The notes beneath the pieces were generated by a model. It ran no database searches. It saw only the letters and a program-made list of their open reading frames with translations, and had not been told where the DNA came from. Below, in pieces: positions 61,944-64,000 of a stretch of 64,000 bases of DNA. How positions within the stretch are numbered: the first letter of the stretch is position 1; each line of letters opens with the position of its first letter. Source of the DNA: Somniosus microcephalus (lineage: Eukaryota); contig CM126202.1 in the NCBI GenBank assembly GCA_052327205.1, forward strand, positions 422,592,001-422,656,000, written 5' to 3'. A program made the translations under genes and the position numbers.

Positions 61944-64000
61944 AAGAACATAAGAACATAAGAAATAGGAGCAGGAGTAGGCCAATCGGCCCCTCGAGCC
62001 TGCTCCACCATTCAATAAGATCATGGCTGATCTGATCCTAACCTCAAATCTTCTATCACTCTGCATCCACCCGAACCCATGTGATCTCCCGGGAGAGGCG
62101 AAAAACCAGATAAAGACCCAATGGCCAATTTGGGAGAAAAAAATCTGGGAAATTCCTCTCCGACCCATCTAGGCGATCGAAATTCTTCCAGGAGATCACT
62201 CTGTCCCTATATTTTCTACAGTACTTACCTTCTGTAAAGGCGATCTCCACCCCAGCCAGGAACAGGAATAACCATCTCCTGAAATCTAACAGAATTAGAA
62301 CACAGTAGGAGCAGAACAAGGCTACACGGCCCCTGGGCCCGCTCCACTACCCACAGGGCCATGACCATTCCGAACCCAGGCTCATGTCCAATTTCCTGCC
62401 CGCTCCCCGTAACCCTTTATTCCCTTTACTTCTAGGAAACTATCTATTTCTGTTTTAAATTTATCTAATGATGTAGCTTCCACAGCTTTCTGGGGCAGCA
62501 AATTCCACAAACCTACCACCCTCTGAGTGAAGAAGTTTCTCCTCATCTCAGTTTTGAATGAGCAGCCCCTTATTTTAAGATTATGCCCCCTAGTTCTAGT
62601 TTCACCCATCATTGGGAACATCCTCACCGCATCCACCCGATCAAGCCCCTTCACAATCTTATATGTTTCAATAAGATCGCCTCTCATTCTTCTGAACTCC
62701 AATGAGTAGAGTCCCAATCTACTCAACCTCTCCTCATATGACCACCCCCTCATCCCCGGGATTAACCGAGTGAACCTTCTTTGTACTGACTCGAGAGCAA
62801 GTATGTCTTTTCTTAAGTATGGACACCAAAACTGTATGCAGTATTCCAGGTGCGGCCTCACCAATACCTTGTACAACTGCAGCAATACCTCCCTGTTTTT
62901 ATATTCCAACCCCCTAGCAATAAAAGCCAACATTCCATTGGCCTTCTTGATCACTTGCTGCACCTGCATACTAACTTTTTGAGTTTCGTGCACCAGGACC
63001 CCCAGATCCCTTTGTACTACAGTACTTTCCAGTTTCTTGCCATTAAGATAATAACTTGCTCTATGATTTTTCCTGCCAAAGTGCATAACCTCACACTTTC
63101 CAGTATTGTATTCCATCTGCCAAATCTCTGCCCACTTACTTAGCCTGTCTATGTCCCTTTGCAGGTTTTTTATGTCCTCCTCACTCACTACTTTCCGTCC
63201 CATCTTTGTATCATCTGCAAACTTTGATATGTTACACTCGGTCCCCTCCTCCAAATCGTTAATGTAGATTGTAAAGAGTTGGGGACCCAGCACTGACCCC
63301 TGCGGAACACCACTAGTTACTGGTTGCCAATCTGAGAACGAACCATTTATCCCAACTCTCTGCTTTCTGTTAGAGAGCCAATCCTCCACCCATGCCAGAA
63401 TATTACCCCCAATCCCGTGATTTTTTATCTTGAGCAATAATCTTTTGTGTGGCACCTTGTCAAATGCCTTTTGGAAGTCTAAATACACTACGTCCACTGG
63501 TTCCCCTTTATCCACCCTGTATGTTACTTCCTCAAAAAACTCAAGCAAATTTGTTAAACATGACTTCCCCTTCATGAAACCATGCTGAGTTTGCCCTATT
63601 AAATTATGTTTATCCAAATGTCCCGTTACTGTCTCCTTAATAATGGACTCTAACATTTTACCAACCACAGATGTTAGGCTAACAGGTCTATAGTTTCCAG
63701 CCTTCTGCCTACTACCCTTTTTAAATAATGGTGTTACATTAGCAGTTTTCCAATCTGCCGGGACCTTTGCTGAGTCCAGTGAGTTTTGGAAAATTATTAC
63801 CAATGCATCCACAATCCCTACCGCTACTTCCCTCAAGACCCTGGGATGCAAGCCATCAGGTCCAGGGGATTTATCCGCCTTGAGTCCCATTATTTTACCA
63901 AGTACCACTTCCTTAGTGATTTTAATTGTATTTAGTTCCTCCCCCCCTAGAGCCCCCTGTTTGTCCAGTGTTGGGATATTCTTAGTGTCCTCTACTGTAA
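61944..64000 (-). mobile_element. Young CR1 LINE (subfamily B) continuing beyond the window
   Basis: (TTCTTATG)n tail, long 3' UTR and an uninterrupted ORF2. Confidence 0.96.
62382..64000 (-). CDS. CR1 ORF2 reverse transcriptase (partial; frame open to the window edge)
   Basis: [36 protein letters not shown] and KFADD motifs; 63909-64000 is also stop-free in frame. Confidence 0.9.
   Translation of the reverse strand, partial: TVEDTKNIPTLDKQGALGGEELNTIKITKEVVLGKIMGLKADKSPGPDGLHPRVLREVAVGIVDALVIIFQNSLDSAKVPADWKTANVTPLFKKGSRQKAGNYRPVSLTSVVGKMLESIIKETVTGHLDKHNLIGQTQHGFMKGKSCLTNLLEFFEEVTYRVDKGEPVDVVYLDFQKAFDKVPHKRLLLKIKNHGIGGNILAWVEDWLSNRKQRVGINGSFSDWQPVTSGVPQGSVLGPQLFTIYINDLEEGTECNISKFADDTKMGRKVVSEEDIKNLQRDIDRLSKWAEIWQMEYNTGKCEVMHFGRKNHRASYYLNGKKLESTVVQRDLGVLVHETQKVSMQVQQVIKKANGMLAFIARGLEYKNREVLLQLYKVLVRPHLEYCIQFWCPYLRKDILALESVQRRFTRLIPGMRGWSYEERLSRLGLYSLEFRRMRGDLIETYKIVKGLDRVDAVRMFPMMGETRTRGHNLKIRGCSFKTEMRRNFFTQRVVGLWNLLPQKAVEATSLDKFKTEIDSFLEVKGIKGYGERAGNWT

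Noticed and set aside
62092-62160. Hairpin ribozyme on the plus strand (GCGAAAAAC / GGAAATTCC resembles loop B)
   Set aside because: No loop A (AGAA / NGUC) partner was found and it is antisense to the CR1; kept only as a structured UTR.

Overview
Repeat-dense vertebrate DNA, most likely from a cartilaginous fish (shark-type CR1 LINEs, HE1/V-SINE-type tRNA SINEs, Harbinger elements and MITEs). No host protein-coding exon could be identified with confidence, and every long ORF is transposon-derived. The window holds three full-length Gypsy/Ty3 LTR retrotransposons with 5-bp TSDs, solo LTRs, many CR1 copies, a poly(A)-tailed LINE family, and two large and two decayed Harbinger elements (transposase plus spliced Myb/SANT gene). 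It also holds Harbinger, hAT and pogo MITEs and Penelope-type hammerhead fragments, often deeply nested. The most striking signal is in two divergent minus-strand Gypsy elements that have no tRNA primer-binding site. In both, the PBS position is exactly complementary (11 and 13 nt, with compensatory changes) to an LTR segment ending at the poly(A) hexamer. This suggests tRNA-independent self-priming and/or occlusion of the 5'-LTR poly(A) signal in a lineage without a chromodomain. Coordinates were counted by hand and may be off by a few bases where ends are degraded.
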